Below, piece by piece: positions 24,420 to 36,481 of a DNA stretch of 64,000 nucleotides. This DNA comes from Takakia lepidozioides (taxonomy: Eukaryota; Plantae; Bryophyta), in the NCBI GenBank assembly GCA_030704615.1, contig CM060732.1, positions 49,600,001-49,664,000 on the forward strand, written 5' to 3'. Numbering within the stretch: position 1 is the first letter of the stretch; each line of letters begins with the position of its first letter. The notes under the pieces are model-generated. The model worked only from the letters and a program-made list of their open reading frames with translations. It searched no databases and was not told the origin of the DNA. The position numbers and the translations under genes were made by a program.

Positions 24420-25700
24420 AAGAGAGAAACAAATATGGAAGACTCACCTCCGTAGAATGTAAAAATGTAAGGGGAATATGATATCCATGTAATCATTCTA
24501 TCATACGTTATCCAACAAAATTAAAGAAAACATTAAAAGAGAATGATACAAATTTTACAAGAGGTAATATGGTAGTACAATAAGGTTTGGAGTTTAAGTA
24601 GGGTACTACACTAAGGTTTTTGGTATATGGTAAGAGTAATGGTTTAGGGTGCTAAGGGTCATGCTTAAACTTAGGGTAAGAATCAAGGGAAGGGTAAGGG
24701 TTTAGGGTTTGGATTTAGGGTAGAAAGGGACAAACAAATATGGAAGACTCACACATGGTAGTACAATAACGTGGTTTGGAGTGTAAGGGAGGATAGTACA
24801 CTAACCTGGTTTTTGGTATATGGTAAGAGTAATGGTTTAAGGTAGTAAGTGTCAGGCTTAAGCTTAGGGTAAAGATTAAGGCGAGGGTAAGGGTTTAGGG
24901 TTTGGATTTATGGTAGTACAGAAAGGTTTTTGGTATATGGTAAGAGTAATGGTTTTCCCTTAGGCCTATGGAAGGGTTAAGGGAAGGGTAAAGCGAAGGG
25001 TAAAGGTTTAGGGGTGGTGGTAAAGGTATAAATGGACAAACAAATATGGAAGACTCGCACTCACTAGAACTTGGTGTGTATAATTATGGTAAACCACACT
25101 AAGAGCAGCTGCTATGCAAAAGATATGATTTGCACAAATTAGGTTCCACCTTTTTTTCCAGTATACTGTGCAGCTGCATAGCTAAAAGGAGAGTCCTTGG
25201 TTTCGTAGGTATTTTTGGCAAATGACTTTGGTGGTCCTGGGAACTTGAAGCTATGGAGTGTGATACCTGAACATCATGCATGATCTTGTAGTTGTGTATG
25301 AAAATAAAAATGGACAAACAAATATTATGGAAGAGTCATTGAGACGGACAAGTATTTAAATTAACGACTCGTCATTGGAACCTGGTCTTAAGATACATAG
25401 AAAACACACTACTATATAAACTTGGTAAGTGCATGTGAATCCAAAACAAACGAGAAAAGTAGCGCAAAAAGGAAGGGATGAGAGATTTGGATTACCATAA
25501 GGTCCATAACCATTATTGGTTATGGTACATTGGATAGTACAATCTTATTTGCAAAATGAATGGTAAGGGTTTAGGGATAAATGCTTAAGGGTCTTTTAGG
25601 GTAAAGGGTTTAGGGTAAAGGGTTTTACTAGGATAAGGGTTTACTAAGGTACGGGTTTTGGTTTAAGTTAGAAATGGACAAACAAACATGGAAGACCGTT
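24420..25700 (+). repeat. ~300-bp degenerate tandem units rich in telomere-like TTTAGGG/TAAGGG, inside the Sola element
   Basis: aaacaaatatggaagactc anchors at ~24428, 24731, 25038, 25317 and 25680, with many gggtttagggt/agggtaaggg runs. Confidence 0.85.
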
Positions 25701-26199
25701 TGTCGCTAGACATAGACTTGCTGAGAGGTCCAGGAAAAGAAGGAGAACATGAGAGGTATAAGTTAAGGAGTGACAAATTGAAAAGTATGGCAATAATGAT
25801 AGGGTAAGGGTCCTCTTAGTGGGATACCTCAGTTGGAGACTTGGCTTGAGTCAAGTGCAAGCACTGAGAGACGGACGGGAATTGGCGCAATGACGAGACA
25901 TTGGAAAAAAACATTTAGACCGGATTGGAAAATAAAGACTCCAGGGGTTGTGCCAACAATTTTTTTTTTTTTATGCAATGTTTTGTAAGCCAGAATCCCC
26001 CACACGAATATTTGTAGATGAATAGAATGTACAGCTGTGCAGAGTCCATCACGTCCAAAAAAAAAAAAAAAAACGTCCACTGCCCAGTCGAGGTTCAGTG
26101 CGACAGAAAAAGAAAACAGGAAGGATCCCCCAACACAAACAGGAAGGGAAAAAAGCCTAAGGATTTTTTTTTTAATCTTAAAACGAAGGATCGGAAATG

Positions 26200-29100
26200 A
26201 CCTCAACATTTAGTCCATGGACGGAAAGTGGTTCGCAAGAAGACAACCTTTAGGTATTTGGCTGAAGGTTAGCCTCCTCCAAATTCGCGCGCGCCTTCAC
26301 TGCTTCCACCGCTGTAATTCTCTTGGTGCTATTTCTTGTCGTATTTTTTCGTGGCGGCATTGTCCACACGACATTGTTCATGTGGATCCATTGAGCAGGA
26401 TCTGATGGGTTGTACTCCCAAACTTTTGACCAGCAGTCCCTGTACCTCTCAAAGTCTGAGGGGTTACCTCCTTTCTTCAGTCTCCACCACTCTACCTTCA
26501 TTTTCTTAAAATTAGGATATTCCCTTTCTCAGATGACATCTGAAATTGCCATTCCCATCCAGACCGGGCACGTCGTTGGGTCATGAGGGCGAACGAGCAC
26601 AAAAAACCCTTTCTCGATATCCTTGAACGGATTCAAGGGTACCCTTTGACGCTTGCACCTAGGGCCACAGTAAGGTTTTGGAACTTCATCCTCATCTTCC
26701 ATATCTTCCAGTATCTGTGGCTGGATGTTATCCCTCCGATGGTTTGAGAACCAATTTATTTTTTGCCAGAATCCCTCAAGAAGCTGAATACGATTCGGAA
26801 TGTCCTGCATTGGCTTATCAAGTTTGGCGAGAATATTTTCCCCAATATTGGTTGTATTGTTCCATTATACCCCGGTAATGATCGTTAAGCAACATTCCTT
26901 TGGTCCAAAAATCTCTGTATTTCTTAATACCATTTTTTATGAATGACTGTTTTTCGGAGGAGTCGTCCCCGATTCCCCATATCGGTCTTCTTGGAATGGC
27001 ATCTGGGTCTCCTTCAGGGAGATTTGGAGTCCCATCAGGGTTGGACTTCCACATCTTTACACTGGAGTTTGTAGGAAGCCACTCCGAATCAGTAGCTGAC
27101 TTCTTATACTTCATAACGGGCCAGCCATCCGCATCCTTAAAAAACTGAAAGACGTACATCTCTGAGATCCCGACCAAAGCCTCATTTCCATCAAGAATAC
27201 AACCTTTAACAAACTTCTTGAAGTCGGGAACCTCCTGAATAATTTGAGGAATGAATTGCATATCTTGGGAGATCATGAATGACCTCATCAAATCCGGAAA
27301 AATGTAGGTGATGCGTTCCTTTAGCTTCTTCGAGAGATAGCTAAAGAATCCGTCAATATCCTCATGGGTGTGCCCAACCATGAGAAAACCAAGCTGGATC
27401 TCTTCAAAGACATCTTTGGCAGTGAGGAGGGATATGAAAGCAAGCATTCATCTGTTCTTATTGTCCTTGGAGGAGTTGTCCATCTGCAAATAAAGTCATC
27501 TAGGAAGTGGTCGAGCACCACTTTTATCTTCCGGCCTGCAGAGTTTCAGAGCCTCCAAACATCTCGATTTACCTCTCATGAGCGTTTGAAAAAAATCATT
27601 TTGAACTTCAGTGTCGAAAATATTTCTGGATTCCCGGCATGTCGGCTTTTCCAGTTGGCGCAGGCACCGAGCCAGCGACCCAATTGTGAAGTTTGAATTG
27701 CCCTTCCAGAACTCAAAAGAAAATTGAGCGTAAGCTCCATCACCGTGTCCGTGTGTAACCATTCCTGTCAATGAGACAGACAACTGACCCAATCCGGAAA
27801 CCATCTTGTTCGTCGTCTGTAACCTCGAAATAGCCATTTTTCTATGATCCATCTTACAGGAACTCCTCCGAAATCATAACGGACTCATTCCTCCAGATAT
27901 GGTACAGCTTTTTGCATGACTCTTGATGCCTCAAGTGTAAATCAAGCGCTCGCTTATGTGCGACGTGTTCGGAACTCCTCTTAATTGACTTCTTGATCAA
28001 GTCCTTCAACATCTCGCATTCTGTGCACTTAGCAAAGGTGCTTCCGGTTTTCGAGCCTCCACATTAGGAAATATTCGATTCCGTATACGGCTTACAGCTG
28101 GCTGTGAGACTCCTTTTAAACCGAGAAGTTTGTTCGTCTGCACCCCAACTCCCCAATAATGTCAACGTCCACTGGGCAATGGAGGTTCTACAAAGTGGAA
28201 GAACAAGAAATCATGATGGCATCAACAAGAATAAAATCAGCCACAGTATTTTGAAAAAAGAAAAGGGGACAACGAATAAAAGTCACCTTGTTAGACTCCT
28301 CTCGAATTCTCTTCCAGTTCATTTCGGATGGCAAAATTCTCAAAGTATCCCGACGTCCCTCTCCAATGCAACGTGTTTTGTGAGGCATAAGGTCAGTATT
28401 GGCATTGATAATGGACATAATGTTCCCCTCTGCCTGGAGTGTCCCTGGTCGAGGCCGCTTGACGCCACGATTTCCGTGGAAAGATGACAAACAGCCCTCT
28501 TTACTGAGCTTTTTGTACTCCATGTACGTTGACCTTCCAATTCCGTGTATAATCCACCATGCTTTATCACAAAACATCAACACCTTCTATCGTCACATAC
28601 GACCTGCGCGATGCCTCTTCCATAATGTGAAGTCGTTTTGAGACATTCAATCCAAGTTATCTCCTCTCATCGAATGACAAACCCCAAAATGCAGTACGAA
28701 TTGCCAAGGTTTTTCTCCAATCAAAATACTGGCAGTGCTGAAGCTTGCAGCAAGGTTTGCTGCTCACCGACCTTACTTCCTCCAAAGTAAGATTTTTCTT
28801 GCATTTTTTTTAGTCCTCCAAATTGGATAGTTTTTTCTTCCTAGTAAATGCCTGTATGTTGTTTTCTTTACGTCTATACCATGGTCATCATTCTCCATAT
28901 CACTGCATGATCGTAGGAAATTTTCGAGATCGACGGGAGATTGTTCTGGTAACCAGAACCCCCAACATCGTCCTCTCTGAGTTTGTCATTCAGAACGATC
29001 TCGTTAGGAATGCATGCCTGAATTCGGCCTTCGAACAGGGCGTTTTCGTCCTCCCCAAGAAGTAGACACTGCAAGTTTCTCCAACAATCTCTCCCAAGAC

Positions 29101-29592
29101 CTTCAGCCAGATCCCCTTCAGTCTCACCGTTGGACGAAATTTCATTGCTTTCCATGCTTTGTCCTTGATAATCACTATCTTCTGTGATGGAATGACATCC
29201 TGGGTTTCTTTGAGATGTTGAATCCACAGTTTCATGCGGGTAAACACAAGAGACGTCCCACACAACTGGAGTCCCAATCGCCTCCTTCAATGTGTCAGCA
29301 TCCATGTGTCGATAAGGCAGAGGACAGGAGTCGAATGCGTCATCACAAAAGATCAGGGTAACAGAAATGGTAGACGAACACAAATGGTGTCCGTGGCAAG
29401 TTCCTTCCCTCGAAACATTCAGGCAATCTCCTGAGGCAACCATTGGCGGAGATCCAGGAAGCGACAGAAACACCCTTTGGCCTACTTGGAACCCCATGAA
29501 TTTAGTAACCTCCACTGGGCAGTGGAGGTTCAATAAAATCGTATTACGGGACGGAAGATTAACTGAAGGAAAGAACGTCGTGCCACTGAAAG
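26200..29592 (-). pseudogene. Disrupted Sola1-like (DUF7869-type) transposase with an N-terminal Tnp1/En/Spm-like domain and a C-terminal beta-rich domain
   Basis: Motifs CCKLQHC, CDKAWWIIHG, FAKCTEC, KMDH, LYLQMDNSSKDNKNR*, FLMVGHTHEDIDGFFS. N-terminal VASG...HGHHL...LPY...TLKEAIGTPVVW. Several stops and frameshifts. Confidence 0.8.
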
Positions 29593-31151
29593 GAGGTGTC
29601 ATGGTTTGAGTCATGGTTATCTAGAATTACCTACTTCTAGTTAACTATGACATTTTAGATATTTATATTTATATTTTGTGTGTTGGGACTTCATTGGGTC
29701 TCACATGCCAAGTGAGGTGTCGAGCCTCACTTGGAACATGGGGATAGGTTTTCCCGTTGTGAGGATGGAGGAGGCTCATCTTCTTGTAGTTGAGCCTCCA
29801 TGAGCTTCTCTCACCTCCATAACTCTAGGTATTGAAAGGGAGTGTGTTGAGGGCTTTGTAGGGTGGATTCCTTTAGCAAGGGTGCCCTTGGCTTGACTTA
29901 GTTTATGTGAAAGAGTGGATTTCACTTGGAAGGACTAGGGCTTGTTCTTAGTGTGATTGTTTCATGTTTTGAGAGTTTTCATTGTCTTCCACTTCTTTCA
30001 TTTCTCTCTTATCACTACAAGAAGATCACCTTATGCTTGTGAGTGCGGAGTGTAAGGATTAATTTTGCACTTGCATGTTAAAGAGGTTGAGAGCTAGGAG
30101 AATTTAGCTCTTGTATCACAAGGCTTGCAAGGGGTTGCAAGGAAAGGTGCTCGAGTGTTGCATGCACCAAGGAGTTTGAGAGTTTGAGAAGAAAGCTCTT
30201 GAGTCACAAGATTTTGCAAGGATTGCAAGGAGGAAGTCTTGTATGTGTGGAAGCATGGATTCTAGGGTTTGAGAATCCTTTGTATGCATTATTGAGTCAA
30301 TGGTGTGCGCCATGGCTTGTGGAGAGTGACTAAAGGCTTGTTAGAGCTCATTTCACTATCAAGCTAGGGTTAAGCAAGTTCAAAGTGTGCATGTTGTGGA
30401 AAAGAAGCCAAGGAGCTACATAGACTTGGGCTTGAAGATAACAAGGGCAAGTACTTGGAGAGCACTAAGAGAGCTCTTTTCCAAGCTCTCAAACCCTTAG
30501 TGCACATACAAGCACTTACCTTGCAAAACCATGCAAGCTTTGTGATATAAGAGCTCTCTCCTTAAGCTCTCCACCTCTGTAAAGTCTTGTAACTCAGGAG
30601 CTCTCTCCTTGAGCTCTCCACGTCTTTGATGCAATGCAAAAACACTCCTCCTTGCAACACCTTGCAAGCCTTGTGAGATACTTGAGCTTTCCTAGCTCTC
30701 TCACTCCTTGGTGTACACCAACACAAGTGCTAAAACTAATCCTTACACTCCGCACTCACAAGCATAAGGTGATCTTCTTGTAGTGATAATGGAAGTGAAC
30801 ACACAATGGAAATACTTCACTTATGAATCCACTCAATCACATAAACTAATTCAAGCCAAGGGCACCTTTGCTAAATGAATCCACCCTACAAAGCCCTCAC
30901 CACACTCCCTCTCAATACCTAGAGCTATGGAGGTGGGAGAGGCTCATGGAGGCTCAACTACAAGAAGATGAGCCCTCCTCAACACTCACAAGGGGAAAAC
31001 CCATCCCCATGTCCCAAGTGAGGTTTGACACCTCACTTGGCATGTGAGACCAAATGAAGTCCCAACACACAAAATACAAATATAAATATCCAAAATGTCC
31101 AAGTTAACTAGAAGTAGGTAATTCTAACCATGACTAAAACCATGACACCTC
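29593..31151. mobile_element. Nested non-autonomous foldback element with ~550-bp imperfect TIRs and GAG...CTC termini (Sola2/3-like)
   Basis: 29593 GAGGTGTCATGG... mirrors ...CCATGACACCTC 31151. Arms ~29593-30150 and ~30650-31151 are reverse complements. No clean TSD. Confidence 0.85.
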
Positions 31152-32857
31152 TCTTGGATTATATTGATGATTCTAATTACGGGAATGTCCGATATGATGC
31201 TTCAAAATAAAGATTTTATTGATCAACCACGTCTACGATGCAATCTATATTTTTGTTTGGTTTTTCTCTAGGTTGTTTTGTATTTCTATATTGACTGTTG
31301 TCTGCTGTGATTTCCGTTTTATTGTTGACATGGAATTGTTTGCGATCTCCTAGTCTCATCCATGCGTTTCTAAACCCTGTACCACCCCGATCCTTTGGGA
31401 TAGAGGCCTTCTTCGAAACTCGTCTCAGGGGCTTTTTCAAATCTGACGACCTCTACTGTGCAGTGGAGGTTATCATGTGTCTGTACAATGACCATGTAAG
31501 TTCGTTTGGGCAGGTTCATGGAGATACTGCCGATGCCAACTTCTCGTCGGGACCTCCATTAGAATCCTCCATATTAGAAATTCGTCGACAGAGGGACAAC
31601 ATTCACACTACTGTTGAGATTTTTGTCAACGACGGTGAAGCATCATCCAAGCACTTGGCTTCCCTTCAATTGCACGACCCTCTTCTTCAGTCCATTCTTG
31701 AAAATGATGTTCCATCGCATGATTGTTTAGGATTGAATGTCGAAGGTGGAAGCCAACCTGACAAATGTACAGGGGATTTTGTGGACCTCACTCTATAATT
31801 CTCCTCACCTTCCCTTTTAAGTATCAAGGGTCTAAAATCTACCTCGAGAATGTTAGCCATTGAGGATGCGGCTGAGGTTGTGGCTCCGCGGCACACTGTT
31901 GCCTCTCTTCCTTCCTTCTCTCCCCAGCACGAGGGTTGGACAGCCCAAATCAGAAAGAGTCAAGTAAAATTATTTATATCTTAATTCTTACTTGTCCTTT
32001 TGTTTTCCTTAGTACTGGGTCTGATGTTCTTGTTTTACTCCAGGCCAGAAAATCTGCGGATTGTGACCTTCCTGTCAAACGACGTCTTCATTGGAAATCT
32101 GTTCCGAGGTAATCCATTCGTTACGTGTGAATTCCATTGAGGATATGGAGTGCTCAAGGGACAATTTCCATTCGATTCCCCTTCTCCGCAACCCTTTGGA
32201 CGAGGACAAGGACAAAACAATTGCAACTTCTCGGCTTCGCGACCCTGCAGTGTTGGCGCAATGTTCTGCACCAAGGAAGCGGAATAGAGCCCCCAAACCA
32301 TTTCCATCTCTTCTACAAATCGGTTCCACCGGAGAGAAGTCTGTCTTCAGAGACAGAGCAGACTCGAGGAAGAAAAGGAATACCTCGAACATACCAGGGT
32401 CTCGTCAAAACACGTCTGTTAGGATCCCAAGTCCGCCAGCGAGACTTTCCAATAAGGCGACATCGGTATTGTTCAATATCATTTCTCCACTTTCTTCTCT
32501 TTTCTGTTCGTTTTGTTCTGCACTAATTAACCCCATCTTTTCTCAACAGGCGGGGATGTAATACGATACCTTCATCAATTTCCCTCCATACAAGGTACTT
32601 TCTTGAACCTCCACTTGGCAGTCGACGTTCCTCTTCTTAACAATATTAACCCTCCTCTTGAAACATTCCAAGCCCACAACATGTGCAGGATTTTGCCACT
32701 TTTTTCACAATCGTGTTGATCTTCCATACACTCAATCATTCTGGGTCATGGGTATTTTCATGGCAGAAACACTAATGTCAGTGTGCATGGTGATTAACTT
32801 GCTCAGGATAACTTTGTCTCTCATCCTTTACATGCAACAACGGGGAAGAGGAAACGA

Positions 32858-33421
32858 ATGTTGTTAATTTTGAGTGTTAACGGACTCCTCTGCTACCGGC
32901 CACCCCCAACCGGCGGTGAACTGTTTAAGGAGAAATTTCGTTTCAGGAATGTGACACTTCAAGTTCATGACAGACCGTTTGTGGTGCCTCGGCCTGGAGT
33001 CCTGGAGTTTCTGGACCTTGCATTGAAGCATTTTCACGTGGCCATTTGGTCATGCGCTGATAGAGGTGTTCTTTATAGGATGTTGGAGAGCTTCGTCCCC
33101 ACAAAAATAGTGAAGATGTTTTGCTTCATATGGTCTGCTGAGGATTGCAAGGATACCACCTGTTATATCAGGCCTGGGATGAAATATCTCGTGAAGGATA
33201 TTCGATGTGTTATTGCCAAGTACCCTGGTAGACCGTTTGCTACGCAGGGGCAAATACTTCTTGTAGATGATGAGCCATCAAAGGGCCTGCGAAACCCACA
33301 AAATACTGGATTCTTCCCTTTCTCATTCAAGCCTTCACCAAACGGCTTGCGTGACTGGGATGATATGACAAGCAGTGTGGCCATATATATCGAAGATGGC
33401 TGGAGCTTCAACAGTCGTTGA
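32858..33421 (+). CDS. FCP1/NIF-like HAD phosphatase domain carried inside the Sola element (frameshifted tail continues to ~33580)
   Basis: LLILSVNGLL (cf. LLVLDLNGLL), VPRPGVLEFL, VAIWS, FIWSAEDC, LVKDI, LLVDDEPSKGLRNP.N. Confidence 0.75.
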   Translation: MLLILSVNGLLCYRPPPTGGELFKEKFRFRNVTLQVHDRPFVVPRPGVLEFLDLALKHFHVAIWSCADRGVLYRMLESFVPTKIVKMFCFIWSAEDCKDTTCYIRPGMKYLVKDIRCVIAKYPGRPFATQGQILLVDDEPSKGLRNPQNTGFFPFSFKPSPNGLRDWDDMTSSVAIYIEDGWSFNSR

Positions 33422-34574
33422 TTATATTAGCGAGAACCGGACAAAGTGTTCTCATAAGCCTATTGGTCGAGACCATGCCTGTTGGGCTTGGTATGGAAGA
33501 TATTTTGATTCGCATGTTTGGATCCCACAACAAAATGACACTGATTACCTTGGTAGGCACGTGGATCCCACTGTTCTGTTGTTTGTTCAGAATTTGATTT
33601 TCCAATTCTTTTGTATTTGCATTTGCACTCTTACCTCAACAAATACATATGCAAAACTTCCACTTTGGGCCTAACATTTGTCATTTCAACCGCGTGTCCC
33701 CAATTACATTCAAGGAACGAATTCTAAAAGAAGAACAAGAGCTGCGTGATTGGGAAGAACGGCGGACGTGCCGGGAGGTTTCAAGGGCATCAGTTAGAGT
33801 TGGCAGTAACATTTCAGATGACAATGTCAGCCGGTTTCACCTTCCTGAAAGTATCTCCGTTTCCTGTGGTGCGGAGATTGTTGCAAGTGGTTGTGGTAAC
33901 TAGAGGCGTCTTCGGGCACATGCCTTGACTGCGAGCCGTTTGGGAGGAGGCTCAATATTATTAATGAGTTAGTATAAGCTGTAACGGTTCTATTGCTTCA
34001 GAATCTATGGCTTGTATGGCATTAAGTCCATGAACGGATGGACAGTTGACGTTCATTTTTCTGTTGGTCCATCGCCTTGAATGATATAATCTCAAATAAA
34101 ATATAAATGTTTGATAACATCAATCAGTCCCGACAGACCTGTTTTTCCATCGTCCTCTTCATCACATGTCATCATTGTTTCATATTTGGTTTTGCCTTTG
34201 TTCTATGTTTGTTTGTGTATGTCATTTTGGATATCGGAGCTCTCATCATTGTTTGATTCATTGCATCCTCCCATTCCTTTTAATGAACGTCAACTTGGCA
34301 GTGGATGTTCCTCTAAGACCACAATACATTCTTGTATTTCTGTGTAAAATGTGTGGAGGATTATATAATTCGTTGTTATATAGTGCACAAATAGCCAAAT
34401 AATTATAGATATATCTCTTTATTTCTATTATATATTATATTTAATCATATATCTTATATTATTTCTGGACCAAACAAAAGTCCAGAATTAGTTAAAATAG
34501 TGTTAAATATATATAAGGTAACTCAAGGGAAATAACCTTGGGATCGTTCTCTTTCTCCGAGACCACAGGTTGGC

Positions 34575-35470
34575 ATGTTATTCAACAAGCGTGATCATAC
34601 TTCAACCTTTGTGGGTGCTATTCGCAAGCTATTGGACAGCTCTTTGGCTAAGTACATAAATGATTACAAGAGAGTTGTGCGTCTCGAGGCTACTATTGAT
34701 AAACTCAAATCTCAGGAGGTTACTGGTGAAATCCCTCATGCTTGCAGAGCTTCTTCTCCTACGATAGTCATTTCTTCTTCGACTGTTCAACCTCGCTTCG
34801 ATGCTTGTGTCCAAACTGCCAATCAAGAATATCAGAAAGCTTTGCACAAGGCTTTCATTGAAGCTCAATCGCAGGTGGTACAAGAAGCTAAAACGGCTTT
34901 GACTAACTCCTCCGATGTTTTCATTGCTCGCCTAAAGGAGATTAATCTACATGTGGATGTATCTTCTTGCACCAAAAATGTAGAGGATTCTTCTTGGCTG
35001 TTTGATGAGCTTGACCTTTGTGTGCACCCAAGCCATCACAGCTTGGTTTGCTGGGACCTTTTGTTTTCATGCTAATGTCAATTTGAGTACCGCTGTGAAA
35101 AGGATAGGGCTCAAGATGCTGCCACGGCGGATGTGGAGGTTATGCCTACTGAGCCTTCGATTGCTGAGCTTGTACGGTTAGAGGTCTAGAAACAACTTTC
35201 CTCCAAGGGAAAGAAATCTCTTCCTTCTCCTACTCGCCCCAAGCAGCAACAACGATCACACTCCATCTCTCCCAATGATAAGTGGCAACAACAACAAGGT
35301 CACTCACCTGCTCGTCAAACTGTTGGCATCCGACAGCTGACTCAAGGTTCTTCAATGAATTCCAATGCAGGTCCTCCCATGTCCAAGTCCAAGTCCAAGC
35401 AACAACACCAGCAATAGGAAAATGGTCAGCAGCGGTCAGCATCGGTCAACAATGGTCAGTATCATTAGAC
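34575..35470 (+). mobile_element. Probable N-terminal ORF of a Penelope-like element (truncated, no RT seen)
   Basis: Helical ORF (KLKSQEVTGEIPHACR...) followed by a K/Q/S-rich low-complexity tract, as in PLE ORF N-termini. Contiguous with 23230-23836 once the Sola is removed. Confidence 0.35.
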
Positions 35471-35817
35471 TGCTAGAGCTGTAGGAACAAGGATACATTC
35501 ATAAGTTAGAGAGAGAACATGAGTCTTCCTTATGGACCAGCTTTATAACTTCTTGTAGGCATTTTACTGAGGGCGTGTCAATACCCATGACAGAAAATGT
35601 TGCTTGAAATAACATGTCATGGACTGTATCTTTCATCACATACAACTTAGACTGCTGTGCATGGACCAGTTACTGTCCCATAATATTAAAGCTGTAAGAT
35701 TGCTATAATGTAGTCGTTCACCATTCGTAGTCGTTATAGTGTAGTGGAACGATGAAAGTAACCATTGTGAAAGAAGTTATTGAGAGGTTAGTAAGAGGTT
35801 ATCTCCTCTCACTATTA

Positions 35818-36202
35818 AGGGCCTGATTTGCGAGTTGTCTCCCGGGTGTTTCCATTTTTTTCAAAACCCAAAAAAAACAAAAACGTCGCTAGCAGTGTTT
35901 TTTCTTTTTGGCGAAAAATCGCCAAATGGCGACCTCAAAAAATTAAAGTGGAATATCTGTCGTAAATTCCCAATTTCTTCATGGATGAAATTGGCAAAAA
36001 CTTCTACAAAGAAATAATAATAATGGATGAATTTGCCAAATATGGATGATAGGAATGGATGAAAGTACTCAAGAGGATGATTCTATCCAAATTTCAATGG
36101 ATGAACAGAACATATAGCTATTTCTTGTAAAACTTTAATAGCCACTCCTGCTATTTTTCAAATCTAAAAACAAAATCACTGCGAGTCGGAGTCGCCAGGG
36201 CC
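35818..36202. mobile_element. Possible hAT-like MITE remnant
   Basis: Loose inverted ends (gggcctgatttgcga / tcgccagggcc) and internal tggcgaaaaatcgcca and ggatgaa repeats. Confidence 0.3.
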
Positions 36203-36254
36203 ATGAGGCGCTACAATCAATTTATATTTTTGTGAGCTGGGTCCCTCATGGCTT

Positions 36255-36316
36255 ACGAGAGGAAGGTGGGATGGTGGGGGCCCGGGGGTTGAACCCCAGA
36301 CCCACAGGCCGATGCC
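36255..36316 (-). mobile_element. Second, truncated copy of the tRNA-like SINE
   Basis: The reverse complement ggcctgtgggtctggggttcaacccc...ccaccatc matches 3328-3370. Confidence 0.5.
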
Positions 36317-36390
36317 AAATAGATTAGAACCCACAACTTTATACGGATCAATGCAGTAGTAAAAAATGAGGACGTTATAGAATCAAAACC

Positions 36391-36430
36391 TGGGCTTAGG
36401 GTTTTTAGGGTTAGGTTTAGGGTTTTATGG
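36391..36430 (+). promoter_or_regulatory. Telo-box cluster (TAGGGTT/AAACCCTA) with a site II-like TGGGCT upstream of NOP53
   Basis: tgggcttagggtttttagggttaggtttagggtttt lies ~50-90 bp before the ATG. Telo-boxes are typical of plant ribosome-biogenesis genes. Confidence 0.6.
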
Positions 36431-36481
36431 TTTTCTCTTCTCTGGGAGCTGAAGGGGAAGAGAGGGGTTTGAGCGAAAGGG

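Larger units (their letters stand above)
23841..34504 (-). mobile_element. Sola1-like DDD/E DNA transposon, 10,664 bp, with intact termini
   Basis: Perfect 30-bp TIRs (AACACTATTTTAACTAATTCTGGACTTTTG at 23841-23870; reverse complement at 34475-34504). 4-bp TSD AAAT (23837-40 and 34505-08) fits the AWWT preference of Sola1. Internal transposase present. Confidence 0.85.

Noticed and set aside
23843-34502. CACTA (En/Spm) element suggested by CACTA...TAGTG
   Set aside because: The 3-bp flanks differ (taa vs tta), the inverted repeat extends 2 bp further to a perfect AAAT duplication, and the transposase motifs are not En/Spm type.
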